The notes: generated from the sequence alone by a model not told the origin. A DNA stretch of 32,000 bases from Candidatus Peribacter riflensis (GCA_001430755.1 CP013062.1:1140001-1172000), one strand, 5' to 3'. Numbered from the stretch's first letter, positions 16,038-24,226 are shown. Made by a program: numbers and translations.

Positions 16038-16100
16038 GAGGCACACCATTAAGGGAAAGGATGGTTCATGGAAGGAAAACTGTAGGTTTGCCTTCCATGC
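16037..16100 (-). repeat. 64-nt hairpin-containing repeat, copy 2
   Basis: Inverted copy of 1787-1850. Hairpin arms at 16067-16075 and 16091-16099. It lies 144 nt downstream of the pgeF stop on the same strand and is directly followed by a GC-rich palindrome, as in copy 1. Confidence 0.8.
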
Positions 16101-16244
16101 CGAACAGCCGTTGAGCAGGGACGCTATGCTCCTGGGTAACCAGGTGGGTGACCGCATCCCCCGACCACGGTCGGGAGAGAGTAGGCCTCCCCTAGAGCAC
16201 TTGAGGAGAAACGTACCGGCTCTGACGTGCCGTCCAGACAGGGA

Positions 16245-16967
16245 TCAGCGTAGCACTGGCCTCAGGACACAGGCGAGCAAGTTTCGTTCACCCGCTTTCA
16301 CCGCTTCTCTATCCCCTCCCCGATACGTCCAGTACTTTCCTGGGTTGCGGCAGGTGCAGTCTGTGCTCCGTTCCAGATGACCACGCGGGATTCCAAGTTC
16401 AAGAAACTGCGCATCCGCTGCCCCGCGCAGATCGGCGTTATTCCCCGTAATGAATTCCGGTGGGATTGTCGGTAGCTCGTGCTCGGGATCACTAAACGCC
16501 GCACACTTCTGGCAGAGCGACGGGCCTGCGGCGACCCATGTATCTTTCGGGTCTACGTTCCACTCTTTTTTGAGCACTGCGAAAAATTCCGGTATGGCTC
16601 CTGCGATGAGCCCGCGCCAGCCCGCATGCAGGACGCCGATGACATGCTTCAACGGCGCGTACACGATGAATGACTGGCAATCGGCGAACCGAACCGACAA
16701 AGCCAGGCCGATCCGGTCCGTCATGAGTCCGTCGGCTCCGGGAGCGTACTGCACCGCATCGCGGACGACTGCTGTCTTCGCTCCGTGCACCTGCTCCGCA
16801 CTGGCTTCTTCGTTCGCTCCAAGAACCCCGACGACGTCATGCGGGCGGGCATCTGCCTTCGTCCACAGGACCACTCCGATCCGGTCGGGAAATGGCGCGA
16901 ACAGCGAAAACGGAGAGCGGAGCATGAGGTAAGTATAGGAGGCCGCGGCAAGAGGCCCAATGGTCAT
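16245..16967 (-). CDS. pgeF: peptidoglycan editing factor PgeF / YfiH (DUF152, laccase-domain) protein
   Basis: ADCQSFIVYAP, GVLHAGWRGL and GPSLCQKC match the conserved His/Cys/His site of YfiH-family proteins. Confidence 0.85.
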   Translation of the reverse strand: MTIGPLAAASYTYLMLRSPFSLFAPFPDRIGVVLWTKADARPHDVVGVLGANEEASAEQVHGAKTAVVRDAVQYAPGADGLMTDRIGLALSVRFADCQSFIVYAPLKHVIGVLHAGWRGLIAGAIPEFFAVLKKEWNVDPKDTWVAAGPSLCQKCAAFSDPEHELPTIPPEFITGNNADLRGAADAQFLELGIPRGHLERSTDCTCRNPGKYWTYRGGDREAVKAGERNLLACVLRPVLR

Positions 16968-16998
16968 CCTGAGCTCTGTCGAAAGAGAGACAATATTG

Positions 16999-17067
16999 TT
17001 CTGTCATGGTTCGACCCAGCCTTCGCTTGCGAGCTTCGGCGGGCAGGCAGGGCTCACCATGACAGAA
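16999..17067. mobile_element. MITE/REP-like 69-bp hairpin element with 12-bp terminal inverted repeats
   Basis: TTCTGTCATGGT (16999-17010) and ACCATGACAGAA (17056-17067) are perfect reverse complements. The core is GCCTTCGCTTGCGAGCTTCGGCGGGCAGGCAGG. It sits between the nnrD stop and the pgeF start and has no coding capacity of its own. Confidence 0.6.
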
Positions 17068-17070
17068 TGT

Positions 17071-17853
17071 TCACGCTATCGTCTTGAGCATCTTTGGGAT
17101 TTCTTTGATGATCCGCCTTGTTCCGAATGCATACCCATATTTTTCGAAGAGCTCCTCCGCCGCGCGCTTGATCACTGCACCGGCTTTTTTGGCTGCATCG
17201 AGCGGTTCCAAGCCTTGTGCCATGAGGCCGGCAATCAGCCCTGCAAGGGCATCCCCTGTGCCGCCGACCGTCAGGCCCGCGTTGCCGCCCTTCAGTTCCG
17301 TCAGGGAGCCGTCAGGCCCGGCGATGCTATCGATGGGACCCTTAAGGAAGATGACTGCTCCCGCATTGCCTGCCTGCTGTGAAAGATCGGCTGCTGTCAG
17401 GTTCATCCGCTCCAGTTCCGCCAGATGAGGGGTTAAGACGGCGGATTTTCCGCGCACGAGTTCCAGTGTCTCCGGCTGTAATGCGGTCGCGTCCAGAATC
17501 AGGCGGCAGGGGGATTCCGCCACGATCGTCATCAGTGCTTTGAGGCTCTTTGCATTCCCGTGGGCGATGCCCGGCCCTACCACGGCGCAGTCTAAGGTGG
17601 CGAGCAGCTCCAGAATCGGCGCTGTATCCGTTGCGGCCAGATCATCACCGGCAAAAGGATGGACCTGGAAATTGAGAGAAGTCGCCTTCGCGGTTTCGGC
17701 ATGGCACTTGGGCAGGCTCACGAAGATCAGATCAACGCCGCTGGCCTCGGCCGCCAGTGCGGCAAAGAGCGGCGCGCCGTGCATCGTTTCGGACCCGCCG
17801 ATGACTGCAACCTTTCCGTTCTCGCCTTTGTGGGAGTCTTTCAGCCGTTCCAC
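17071..17853 (-). CDS. nnrD: ADP-dependent NAD(P)H-hydrate dehydratase (YjeF C-terminal family)
   Basis: GTG start. HKGENGKVAVIGGSETMHGAP and GGTGDALAGLIAGLMAQG are signatures of this carbohydrate-kinase-like family. Confidence 0.85.
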   Translation of the reverse strand: MERLKDSHKGENGKVAVIGGSETMHGAPLFAALAAEASGVDLIFVSLPKCHAETAKATSLNFQVHPFAGDDLAATDTAPILELLATLDCAVVGPGIAHGNAKSLKALMTIVAESPCRLILDATALQPETLELVRGKSAVLTPHLAELERMNLTAADLSQQAGNAGAVIFLKGPIDSIAGPDGSLTELKGGNAGLTVGGTGDALAGLIAGLMAQGLEPLDAAKKAGAVIKRAAEELFEKYGYAFGTRRIIKEIPKMLKTIA

Positions 17854-17877
17854 GGTGGCATTGTACCAGACCGGGTT

Positions 17878-18990
17878 CTAGATTTGTTTTTTCCCGAAGC
17901 GGGAGACGGCCTGCTGCACCGCATCGAGGATCTGCGCGCGGAAGCGCGTACTCGAAAACTGCCGTGCATGTTCGCGAATGGTGTCGGCGCTGAAGGTCGT
18001 CTTCGCAAAGCGGTCGAGCACATCCCGGAGCGCGGCAACTGTTTGTTCCTCAAAGAAGAGACCCGTCTTTCCCTCCTGCACGGTATCCAGCACGCCTCCG
18101 CGCCTCAGTGCGAGCACCGGAGTGCCGCAGGCCTGCGCCTCGATCGGGACGACGCCTGCATCCTCGATCTGCGGCAGCAGCAGGGCGCGTGCATGGCTGT
18201 ACAGGTGCGGCAGGTCTGCATCCGGCACGAATCCGAGCATCTGGACCGTCGGCCCGGCGATGGCTCTGAGGCGTGCAAGATCACGGCCGGTTCCGGCGAT
18301 CTTCAGTGGCAGATGCAGCAGGTTTGCCGCCTCGACAAGCAGGTCGAAACGTTTGTAGGGCACGAGGCGGCCGATTGCGAGAAAACCTTTTCGTTCCTCT
18401 GCCGTCGGGAGCGGAAACTCCAAAAATCTCTCCTGCACCGGCGGGGGGATCACGACGCTCTCGCGGCCGTACACGCGCGCGATGCGTTCCTGCGTCGTGG
18501 TCGAATTGGCGAGAAAGCAATCCACGCGCTTGGCGGTCGTCAGATCCCAGCGGCGCATACTTTTAAGAAAGCGCTTTGCCGTGCGCTTCAGCAGGCGCGG
18601 CACCCTGAAATCCCGCAGGTATTCCTCCTCCATCTCCCAGGCGTAACGCATGGGGGTGTGGCAGTAGCAGACGTGCACGGCGGAGATGGGGGGGATCACG
18701 CCTTTCGAGACGGCATGCGAAGAGCTCACGACGACATCGAATGCCCGCAGATCCATAGCTTCAACGACGCGCGGCATCCACGGCAGGAGCACTTCGTGGC
18801 GCTTCAGCAGGCGGTACCAGCGCTGGAGTGCGCTCGTACGGATATCCGCCCCGTCCAGTGATCCCAGATGTCCGTGCCGCGCCACGGTGGTGAAGAGGGG
18901 GGCAGAGGGCCAGAGGGCATGGAGCTCCGCAATGACATGTTCGGCACCTCCGAATGTCGGGAGCCAGTCGGCGACGAGAGCCAGCTTCAT
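17878..18990 (-). CDS. glycosyltransferase family 4 (GT-B fold)
   Basis: MKLALVADWLPTFGGAEHV N-terminus. The C-terminal half, with ...PQIEDAGVVPIEAQACGTPVLA...G.L, is typical of the EX7E-type Glycos_transf_1 domain. Confidence 0.85.
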   Translation of the reverse strand: MKLALVADWLPTFGGAEHVIAELHALWPSAPLFTTVARHGHLGSLDGADIRTSALQRWYRLLKRHEVLLPWMPRVVEAMDLRAFDVVVSSSHAVSKGVIPPISAVHVCYCHTPMRYAWEMEEEYLRDFRVPRLLKRTAKRFLKSMRRWDLTTAKRVDCFLANSTTTQERIARVYGRESVVIPPPVQERFLEFPLPTAEERKGFLAIGRLVPYKRFDLLVEAANLLHLPLKIAGTGRDLARLRAIAGPTVQMLGFVPDADLPHLYSHARALLLPQIEDAGVVPIEAQACGTPVLALRRGGVLDTVQEGKTGLFFEEQTVAALRDVLDRFAKTTFSADTIREHARQFSSTRFRAQILDAVQQAVSRFGKKQI

Positions 18991-19083
18991 ACGTGCATGC
19001 AGTATTCAGTATGTAGTATGCGGGAACAAGAACCTCGCTCCTGAATACTGTATCCTGCAATCCATTCGACTAGGATACCCACC

Positions 19084-20004
19084 GTGTCTCTTCGCCCTGC
19101 ACGTCGATTACCCCGGCAGTTTCGTCGGCCGGTCAGCCGCCGGACCAAGCGTCTTGTGGAACGCAAGCACGGCGTGCCTCTGCGTTCCCGCCTGGCCGTT
19201 CGCTGGCGGCGTTGGGCACACGGGGCGCGCAAAGGGGCGGCAGGCTGGAGGCGCGCCATTCTTCAGTGGTCTGCCATCACGCTCGCATCGCTCATCCTCC
19301 TCGCTGCGGGGATTGTCGCCTTCTCACCTCTCGGTCATGTGGAGGAGATCCGCGTGACCCGCACGGATCCGCGTCTCGATATCGAAGAAGTGCAGAAGGT
19401 GCTTGCTCCGCTCTTCGACCGGTCGCTCGTCACGGTCTTCGGCCCTGAGGTGCGTTCGCTCCTGGAGCAGGAGATCCCGGATATCCGCGCGGTGACCGTG
19501 AGCAAACACTACCCCTCACAACTCTTCGTGCGGGTGGAGCTCTCGCCGTTGGTGGCGCGTGCGCGCGTGCTTTCCCCGGAAGAGGAGAAGCAGCCTCCAC
19601 GCGGCTCGGGGGGCATCATCGGGTACGTGACGGACCGCGGCACGTATGCGCTTGTTCCGCAGGGATTTGCCGGCGGAGTCGTACTCCCCTTGCTCGATCT
19701 GGTGGACTGGGGGATCCGTCCGCAGGCGGGTGCCCCCATCCTCTCGCAGGATTTTCTCGAGCGGATGGATCAGGCCGTCACGACACTGCAGATGCAGTTC
19801 GGACAGGAGGTGCAGCGTCGCGTGGTTTTCATCCGTGCGCAGGAGTTCCACCTCACCGTTGAAAAGGTAAACCTGTGGTTCGACGTGCGCAGTCCCCTCG
19901 AGGCGCAGTTGCTGCGTTACCGCATTTTCCTGCGGTCTGTCGGTTTTGCTGAGGCGAAAGCATACATCGATCTTCGGCTGGCCGATCGTGTGGTCTACCG
20001 CTGA
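19084..20004 (+). CDS. ftsQ: FtsQ-type cell-division protein (POTRA domain)
   Basis: GTG start. Arg-rich cytoplasmic tail, a single TM helix (AITLASLILLAAGIVAF), then a POTRA-like segment VEEIRVTRTDPRLDIEEVQKVLAPLFDRSLV ... IRAVTVSKHYPSQLFVRVEL. Confidence 0.6.
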   Translation: MSLRPARRLPRQFRRPVSRRTKRLVERKHGVPLRSRLAVRWRRWAHGARKGAAGWRRAILQWSAITLASLILLAAGIVAFSPLGHVEEIRVTRTDPRLDIEEVQKVLAPLFDRSLVTVFGPEVRSLLEQEIPDIRAVTVSKHYPSQLFVRVELSPLVARARVLSPEEEKQPPRGSGGIIGYVTDRGTYALVPQGFAGGVVLPLLDLVDWGIRPQAGAPILSQDFLERMDQAVTTLQMQFGQEVQRRVVFIRAQEFHLTVEKVNLWFDVRSPLEAQLLRYRIFLRSVGFAEAKAYIDLRLADRVVYR

Positions 20005-20138
20005 GAGGGCCGCAGCAGGTTTTCTGTCTATCGTCCGGTTCCCGCCAGTGCTCCTGCTTGATTTTTTGCAGTGACTTTCTCTGTAAAATCACTTCTGATC
20101 CTTCCGAAGGCGCTCCAGAAAGGCTATACTCGCTCACG

Positions 20139-21065
20139 ATGTTCATGAGTTCGGTGCTCTCCGTGCTCCTCTTGGGTTTGTTCCCCGTGGCAGCCGAGAT
20201 TCCACCTCCCCCTCCACCGTTCGCTTCTCTCGTCGGGGTACCCATTGCCCCGCTTCAGGAACGGATCTCGATTGGCCGTCGGCTCTCCGCCTCGGGCATT
20301 ATCGTGATCGACCTTGCCTCGGGTCAGATGCTCTACGGATCTCAGGCGGATGTCGAGCGACCCATGGCCAGTCTCACTAAGTTGATGACTGCGTTGCTCA
20401 TCGTAGAGCATCATGATCTTGATGAGTGGGTGACCGTTCCCAAGGAGGCGACAGAGATCACGGGCAGCGTGGCGTACCTCCCGCCCGGCGAGCAATTCAC
20501 AGTGGGGGATCTGCTCTCTGCGCTCCTCGTCGCCTCGGCCAACGATGCGGCGGTGACGCTGGCGCGCTTTCACAGCGGCTCCACCGAAGCGTTCGTGAAA
20601 GAGATGAATGCGCGTGCCGCGGCGCTCGGGCTCACCGGCACACAGTACGCGAACCCCTCGGGCATGGATGATCCCCGTCAGTGGTCCACCCCGCGCGACA
20701 TTGCCCGCCTCACCGCGCACATTCAGAAGGAGCCTGCACTGCGAGAACGGCTGGCGCTGAAGGGGACCAGGATCGCGGGTAAGAGCGGCCAGGAGATCGC
20801 ACTCACGCATACGCATGCGCTCCTCCGTGCACGCAATCCCTTCGTCGAGGAGGGCAAGACCGGAACGACGAATGCGGCGGGACAGTGTCTCGTGTCGGTG
20901 GTGGGCGAAGGGGAGCGTGAGTATGTGGTGGTGCTGCTCCACTCGCAGCAGCGCTACGACGATATGAAGGCCATTCTTGCATCGCTCTTTGGAGCGGAAG
21001 GTACGACCGATATTCCCGTACAGGACACAGAGTGTGCCCAGGGAGGCGGTTGTCCCGCTCCGTAG
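20139..21065 (+). CDS. D-alanyl-D-alanine carboxypeptidase (S11, PBP5-like)
   Basis: Start moved to MFMSSVLSVLLLGLFPVAAE (signal peptide). SxxK (ASLTK), SxN (SAND) and KTG (KTGTT) active-site motifs are all present. Confidence 0.85.
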   Translation: MFMSSVLSVLLLGLFPVAAEIPPPPPPFASLVGVPIAPLQERISIGRRLSASGIIVIDLASGQMLYGSQADVERPMASLTKLMTALLIVEHHDLDEWVTVPKEATEITGSVAYLPPGEQFTVGDLLSALLVASANDAAVTLARFHSGSTEAFVKEMNARAAALGLTGTQYANPSGMDDPRQWSTPRDIARLTAHIQKEPALRERLALKGTRIAGKSGQEIALTHTHALLRARNPFVEEGKTGTTNAAGQCLVSVVGEGEREYVVVLLHSQQRYDDMKAILASLFGAEGTTDIPVQDTECAQGGGCPAP

Positions 21066-21080
21066 TCTTTCGATTGATCC

Positions 21081-22103
21081 ATGTCTCAAGAGTCCGTCAT
21101 TCGCTGGCTGTCTCTCCGAGTGCGCATCGTGTGTGCCGCAGCATTCGTCGTTGCCTCATTCGCACCGCCCTATGCGCCCAAGGCGGTGTTCGCTTTTCAG
21201 GAGATCGAGTCAATCGATCAGCAGTTCCTCCTCGTCGAAGAAGGGTTTCTAATGAAATCCTCTTCGCTCACGCAGCAGGGCGGACGCCGCGCGTACTCCG
21301 AAGCCATCGCGCACAAGGTGAAGGAGGGCGAGAGTCTGGAGCGTTTGACGCAGCGGTATCAGATTTCCAAAGAGACCATCATCTGGGCCAATCATCTCAA
21401 AGAGGGCGCTACGATTCATCCCGGCGATGAGCTCGTCATCCTTCCCGTCGATGGTGTGCTCCACGCCGTGAAAGCGGGGCAGACGCTCCTCGGCATCGCC
21501 GAGCTCTACGACATCCCGGCTGAGACCATTGCGCAGCAGAACAAGATCAAAGGCAGTTTCCTTATGGCGGGCCAGGAGCTGATTGTGCCGGGCGGCAAGC
21601 CGATCGTCAGCAAGCCTACGGTGGTGGCGGTGGCCCCATCTTCCAAAGCTCCGGTGAAGACGGGGAACGGACGTACGCCCCCGCCCACCAAGCCGATGGA
21701 GGAGGTCACGACTGCGCCGACCTCCGGGGTGCTGCAGAAGCCGTGCAGCGGTAAATGCTTCATCACGCAGTACTTCAATCCCAGCCACTACGCCCTCGAC
21801 CTGCAGGAGAAGGGCGGCGGGGCGGTGTATGCCGCCGAGGCCGGGACCGTGATCCGGGCGGAGTACGGGTGGAACGGCGGGTACGGCAACGTGATCGAGG
21901 TCGACCATGGCAATGATCTCATCACGCTCTACGCGCACAACAAAGAGCTCCTCGCGAAGGTGGGGGATCAGGTGCAGCGCGGGCAGCTCATCGCGGCGAT
22001 GGGCAATACGGGGCTCGTGTATGGGTCCACCGGCATTCACATTCACTTCGAGGTCCGGGTGAAGGGCGTGAAGAAAAATCCAATGCTGTATATCGAGGAG
22101 TAG
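21081..22103 (+). CDS. LysM-domain-containing M23 metallopeptidase
   Basis: Two LysM repeats (HKVKEGESLERLTQRYQISKETIIWAN...; HAVKAGQTLLGIAELYDIPAETIAQQN...). M23 motifs HYALDL, LYAHNKELLAKVGDQVQRGQLIAAMG and GIHIHFEV. Confidence 0.87.
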   Translation: MSQESVIRWLSLRVRIVCAAAFVVASFAPPYAPKAVFAFQEIESIDQQFLLVEEGFLMKSSSLTQQGGRRAYSEAIAHKVKEGESLERLTQRYQISKETIIWANHLKEGATIHPGDELVILPVDGVLHAVKAGQTLLGIAELYDIPAETIAQQNKIKGSFLMAGQELIVPGGKPIVSKPTVVAVAPSSKAPVKTGNGRTPPPTKPMEEVTTAPTSGVLQKPCSGKCFITQYFNPSHYALDLQEKGGGAVYAAEAGTVIRAEYGWNGGYGNVIEVDHGNDLITLYAHNKELLAKVGDQVQRGQLIAAMGNTGLVYGSTGIHIHFEVRVKGVKKNPMLYIEE

Positions 22104-22184
22104 GGCGTAGGGAGAATATTTTGAGGATTCTTTCATCAATCCTACGTCCCACGCCCTATCCCCTATTCCTATTTGGCCATTTCA

Positions 22185-23399
22185 TTATTCATACCGTAGC
22201 GCTTCGATGGGGCGGAGCTTGGCCGCTTTCCATGCGGGCAGCATGCCGAAGAAAATACCCACGGCGACCGAGAAAGCGAATGCGAGCAGTACCGATGACG
22301 GGGCGACTGTGGCATCGAGGCTGAAGTTTGCCCGCACGATCCACGCACCCCCGGCGCTCAGCAGCGTTCCCACGATGCCCCCCAGCACGCTCAGGACGGT
22401 GGATTCCACCAGGAACTGCAGCAGGATATCGCGCTTCTTGGCCCCGATGGCCTTGCGGATGCCAATCTCGCGTGTGCGCTCCGTGACCGAGACCAGCATG
22501 ATGTTCATCACGCCGATGCCGCCCACGAGGAGCGAAATGGCCGCGATGCCGCCGAGGAGCAGAGTGAACGTGCTCGTCACTTCATTGAGCGTCTCGACCG
22601 CGTCGGCCTGATTGAGGACGGTGAAATCCTGCTTGCTCACATCCGTGATGCCGTGCGCGTTCAGGAGCACTGCGGTGATGGTCATCTGCGTTTTTTCCAT
22701 GGCTGTCTGATCGGCCACTGATACGTAAATGGAACTCACGACATCCCTGCCCGTGATGCGCTGCTGCATGGTGGAGAGCGGAATCACGATCATGTCATCC
22801 TGATCATTGAAGCCCTGCTGTCCCTTCGATTCCAGCACGCCGATGACCGTGAAGATGTTGTTGCCGATGCGGATGTCGCTTCCCAGGGGATTGGGAGTAT
22901 CCGGGAACAGCGATTGCACAACGGTCGGGCCGAGAACGGCGACTTTGTTGAACTGGGCGACATCGTCTTCGGTGAGAAAGCTGCCGTAGGCGACTGCGGC
23001 GTTGCGCACGGTCGTGTAGTCCGCCGTGGTACCGACCACCGTCGTCGAGACATTCAAATTGCCCACGATCACCTGGCTGCGGCCCCTGAGCTCCGGTGCA
23101 ATGCCGCTTAAGCCCTGCACGTATTCCCGGATCGCCGCGATGTCCTCCTCCGGCAGGGTGCTGCTCCCGCCGCCAAAGCGCACATTGGTCTGGGTGGGGC
23201 TGCCCGGAGAGATGGCCAGCAGATTGGTCCCCAGGCTTTCGATGCGCGAGGTGACGCTCTTCTGTGCCCCCTGCCCGATGGCGACCATGAGCACGACCGA
23301 GGCCACGCCGATGATCACGCCGAGCATGGTGAGCGCGGAGCGCATTTTGTTGCTGCCGATCGCCCCCAATGCGTTGCGGATATTTTCCAGAATATTCAT
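22185..23399 (-). CDS. MacB-type ABC transporter permease (MacB_PCD + FtsX domains)
   Basis: The N-terminus MNILENIRNALGAIGSNKMRSALTMLGVIIGVASVV is characteristic. It has a large extracytoplasmic domain and a C-terminal FtsX helix bundle with REIGIRKAIGA. Confidence 0.9.
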   Translation of the reverse strand: MNILENIRNALGAIGSNKMRSALTMLGVIIGVASVVLMVAIGQGAQKSVTSRIESLGTNLLAISPGSPTQTNVRFGGGSSTLPEEDIAAIREYVQGLSGIAPELRGRSQVIVGNLNVSTTVVGTTADYTTVRNAAVAYGSFLTEDDVAQFNKVAVLGPTVVQSLFPDTPNPLGSDIRIGNNIFTVIGVLESKGQQGFNDQDDMIVIPLSTMQQRITGRDVVSSIYVSVADQTAMEKTQMTITAVLLNAHGITDVSKQDFTVLNQADAVETLNEVTSTFTLLLGGIAAISLLVGGIGVMNIMLVSVTERTREIGIRKAIGAKKRDILLQFLVESTVLSVLGGIVGTLLSAGGAWIVRANFSLDATVAPSSVLLAFAFSVAVGIFFGMLPAWKAAKLRPIEALRYE

Positions 23400-23430
23400 G
23401 AGTGATAGTGGATGGGAGCGGAAGGAGAAT

Positions 23431-23520
23431 CGAAGAGGAATAAAGAAGTAAGAATAAAGAATTATGCAAAGCGAAGGAGTCGTCGTTCATAATTCCTCAT
23501 TCTTAATTCATAATTCTTCG
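23431..23520. repeat. AT/purine-rich long imperfect hairpin inside the ATPase-permease intergenic gap
   Basis: CGAAGAGGAATAAAGAAGTAAGAATAAAGAATTATG (23431-23466) against CATAATTCCTCATTCTTAATTCATAATTCTTCG (23488-23520). The blocks CGAAGA, TAAGAAT and GAATTATG pair. Confidence 0.5.
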
Positions 23521-23556
23521 TGAGAGAAGTGCAGCCGACAATAACGGTAGTCAGAG

Positions 23557-24222
23557 TCATTGTTTGAAAATAAGGCCGTCCTGAATGTGGATCGTGCGCT
23601 GGGCGAACGCGGCCACGGAGGGTTCGTGCGTCACCATGACGATCGTCTTGCCCTGTGTGTTCAGGGTTGTGAGGATCTCCATCACCTCCTCTCCGGTGTG
23701 CGTGTCGAGCGCGCCGGTCGGCTCGTCGGCGAGAATGATGGCGGGCTCCGTGACGAGGGCGCGGGCGATCGCTACGCGTTGCTGTTGTCCGCCAGAAAGC
23801 TCGTTGGGATTATGTGCAATTCGTTCCGAGAGACCGACGGTATGCAGGGCCTGCCGTGCCTTCTGCTCGGCTTCTGCACGCGGCCACCCCTGGTAGAGCA
23901 GGGGCTGCATCACTTGCCGCAGGGCATCCATGCGCGGCAGCAGGTTGAAGGCCTGAAAGACGAAGCCGATGCGCTTGCTGCGCACGTCCGCCTGCTCGTT
24001 TTCGGTGAGGGTGGCAACCTCTTTTTTTTCGAGGAGGTATGATCCCCCGGTTGGTGTATCGAGCAGCCCGATGATGTTCATGAGCGTGGATTTTCCTGAC
24101 CCCGACGGCCCCATGATGGCCACGAATTCTCCGGAACGGATGGCGAGTGAAATCCCTTTGAGTACGGTGATCTGCTCCCTGCCGAGTGGATACGCCTTGG
24201 TGATGTGCGTGAGGTGAATCAT
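23557..24222 (-). CDS. ABC transporter ATP-binding protein (MacB/LolD-like)
   Basis: Walker A GPSGSGKST, signature LSGGQQQRVAIARAL, Walker B ILADEPTGALD, and an H-loop. Confidence 0.92.
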   Translation of the reverse strand: MIHLTHITKAYPLGREQITVLKGISLAIRSGEFVAIMGPSGSGKSTLMNIIGLLDTPTGGSYLLEKKEVATLTENEQADVRSKRIGFVFQAFNLLPRMDALRQVMQPLLYQGWPRAEAEQKARQALHTVGLSERIAHNPNELSGGQQQRVAIARALVTEPAIILADEPTGALDTHTGEEVMEILTTLNTQGKTIVMVTHEPSVAAFAQRTIHIQDGLIFKQ

Positions 24223-24226
24223 AAGG

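Noticed and set aside
15887-16244. Tried to read this structured gap as SRP RNA, tmRNA, RNase P RNA or 6S RNA.
   Set aside because: None of the diagnostic strings is present on either strand. The SRP helix-8 GGAA/AGCA motif, the tmRNA tRNA-like end with CCA, and the RNase P GAGGAAAGUCC / ACAGAA P4 elements are all missing. Part of the region is demonstrably repeat-derived. It is kept only as an unclassified structured region.
17659-18861. A 400-aa ORF on the plus strand. Similar long ORFs lie at 9033-9800 (-), 20124-21089 (-), 21249-22139 (-), 12616-13401 (-), 5412-6170 (-), 2257-3063 (-), 26558-27169 (-) and 27871-28428 (-).
   Set aside because: Each lies antisense to a gene with clear family motifs (GT4, topA, DD-carboxypeptidase, LysM-M23, dnaJ, recJ, RR, HK). 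Their products are Arg/Gly/His/Pro-rich, low-complexity sequences typical of stop-poor antisense frames in GC-rich DNA. No motifs were recognised.
22804-23490. A 228-aa minus-strand ORF starting with a good SD-ATG in the ATPase-permease spacer.
   Set aside because: After about 30 codons it runs out of frame through the well-supported permease gene, and its product becomes Arg/Gly/His-rich. Only the first short hydrophobic part might be real; see the finding on the spacer.
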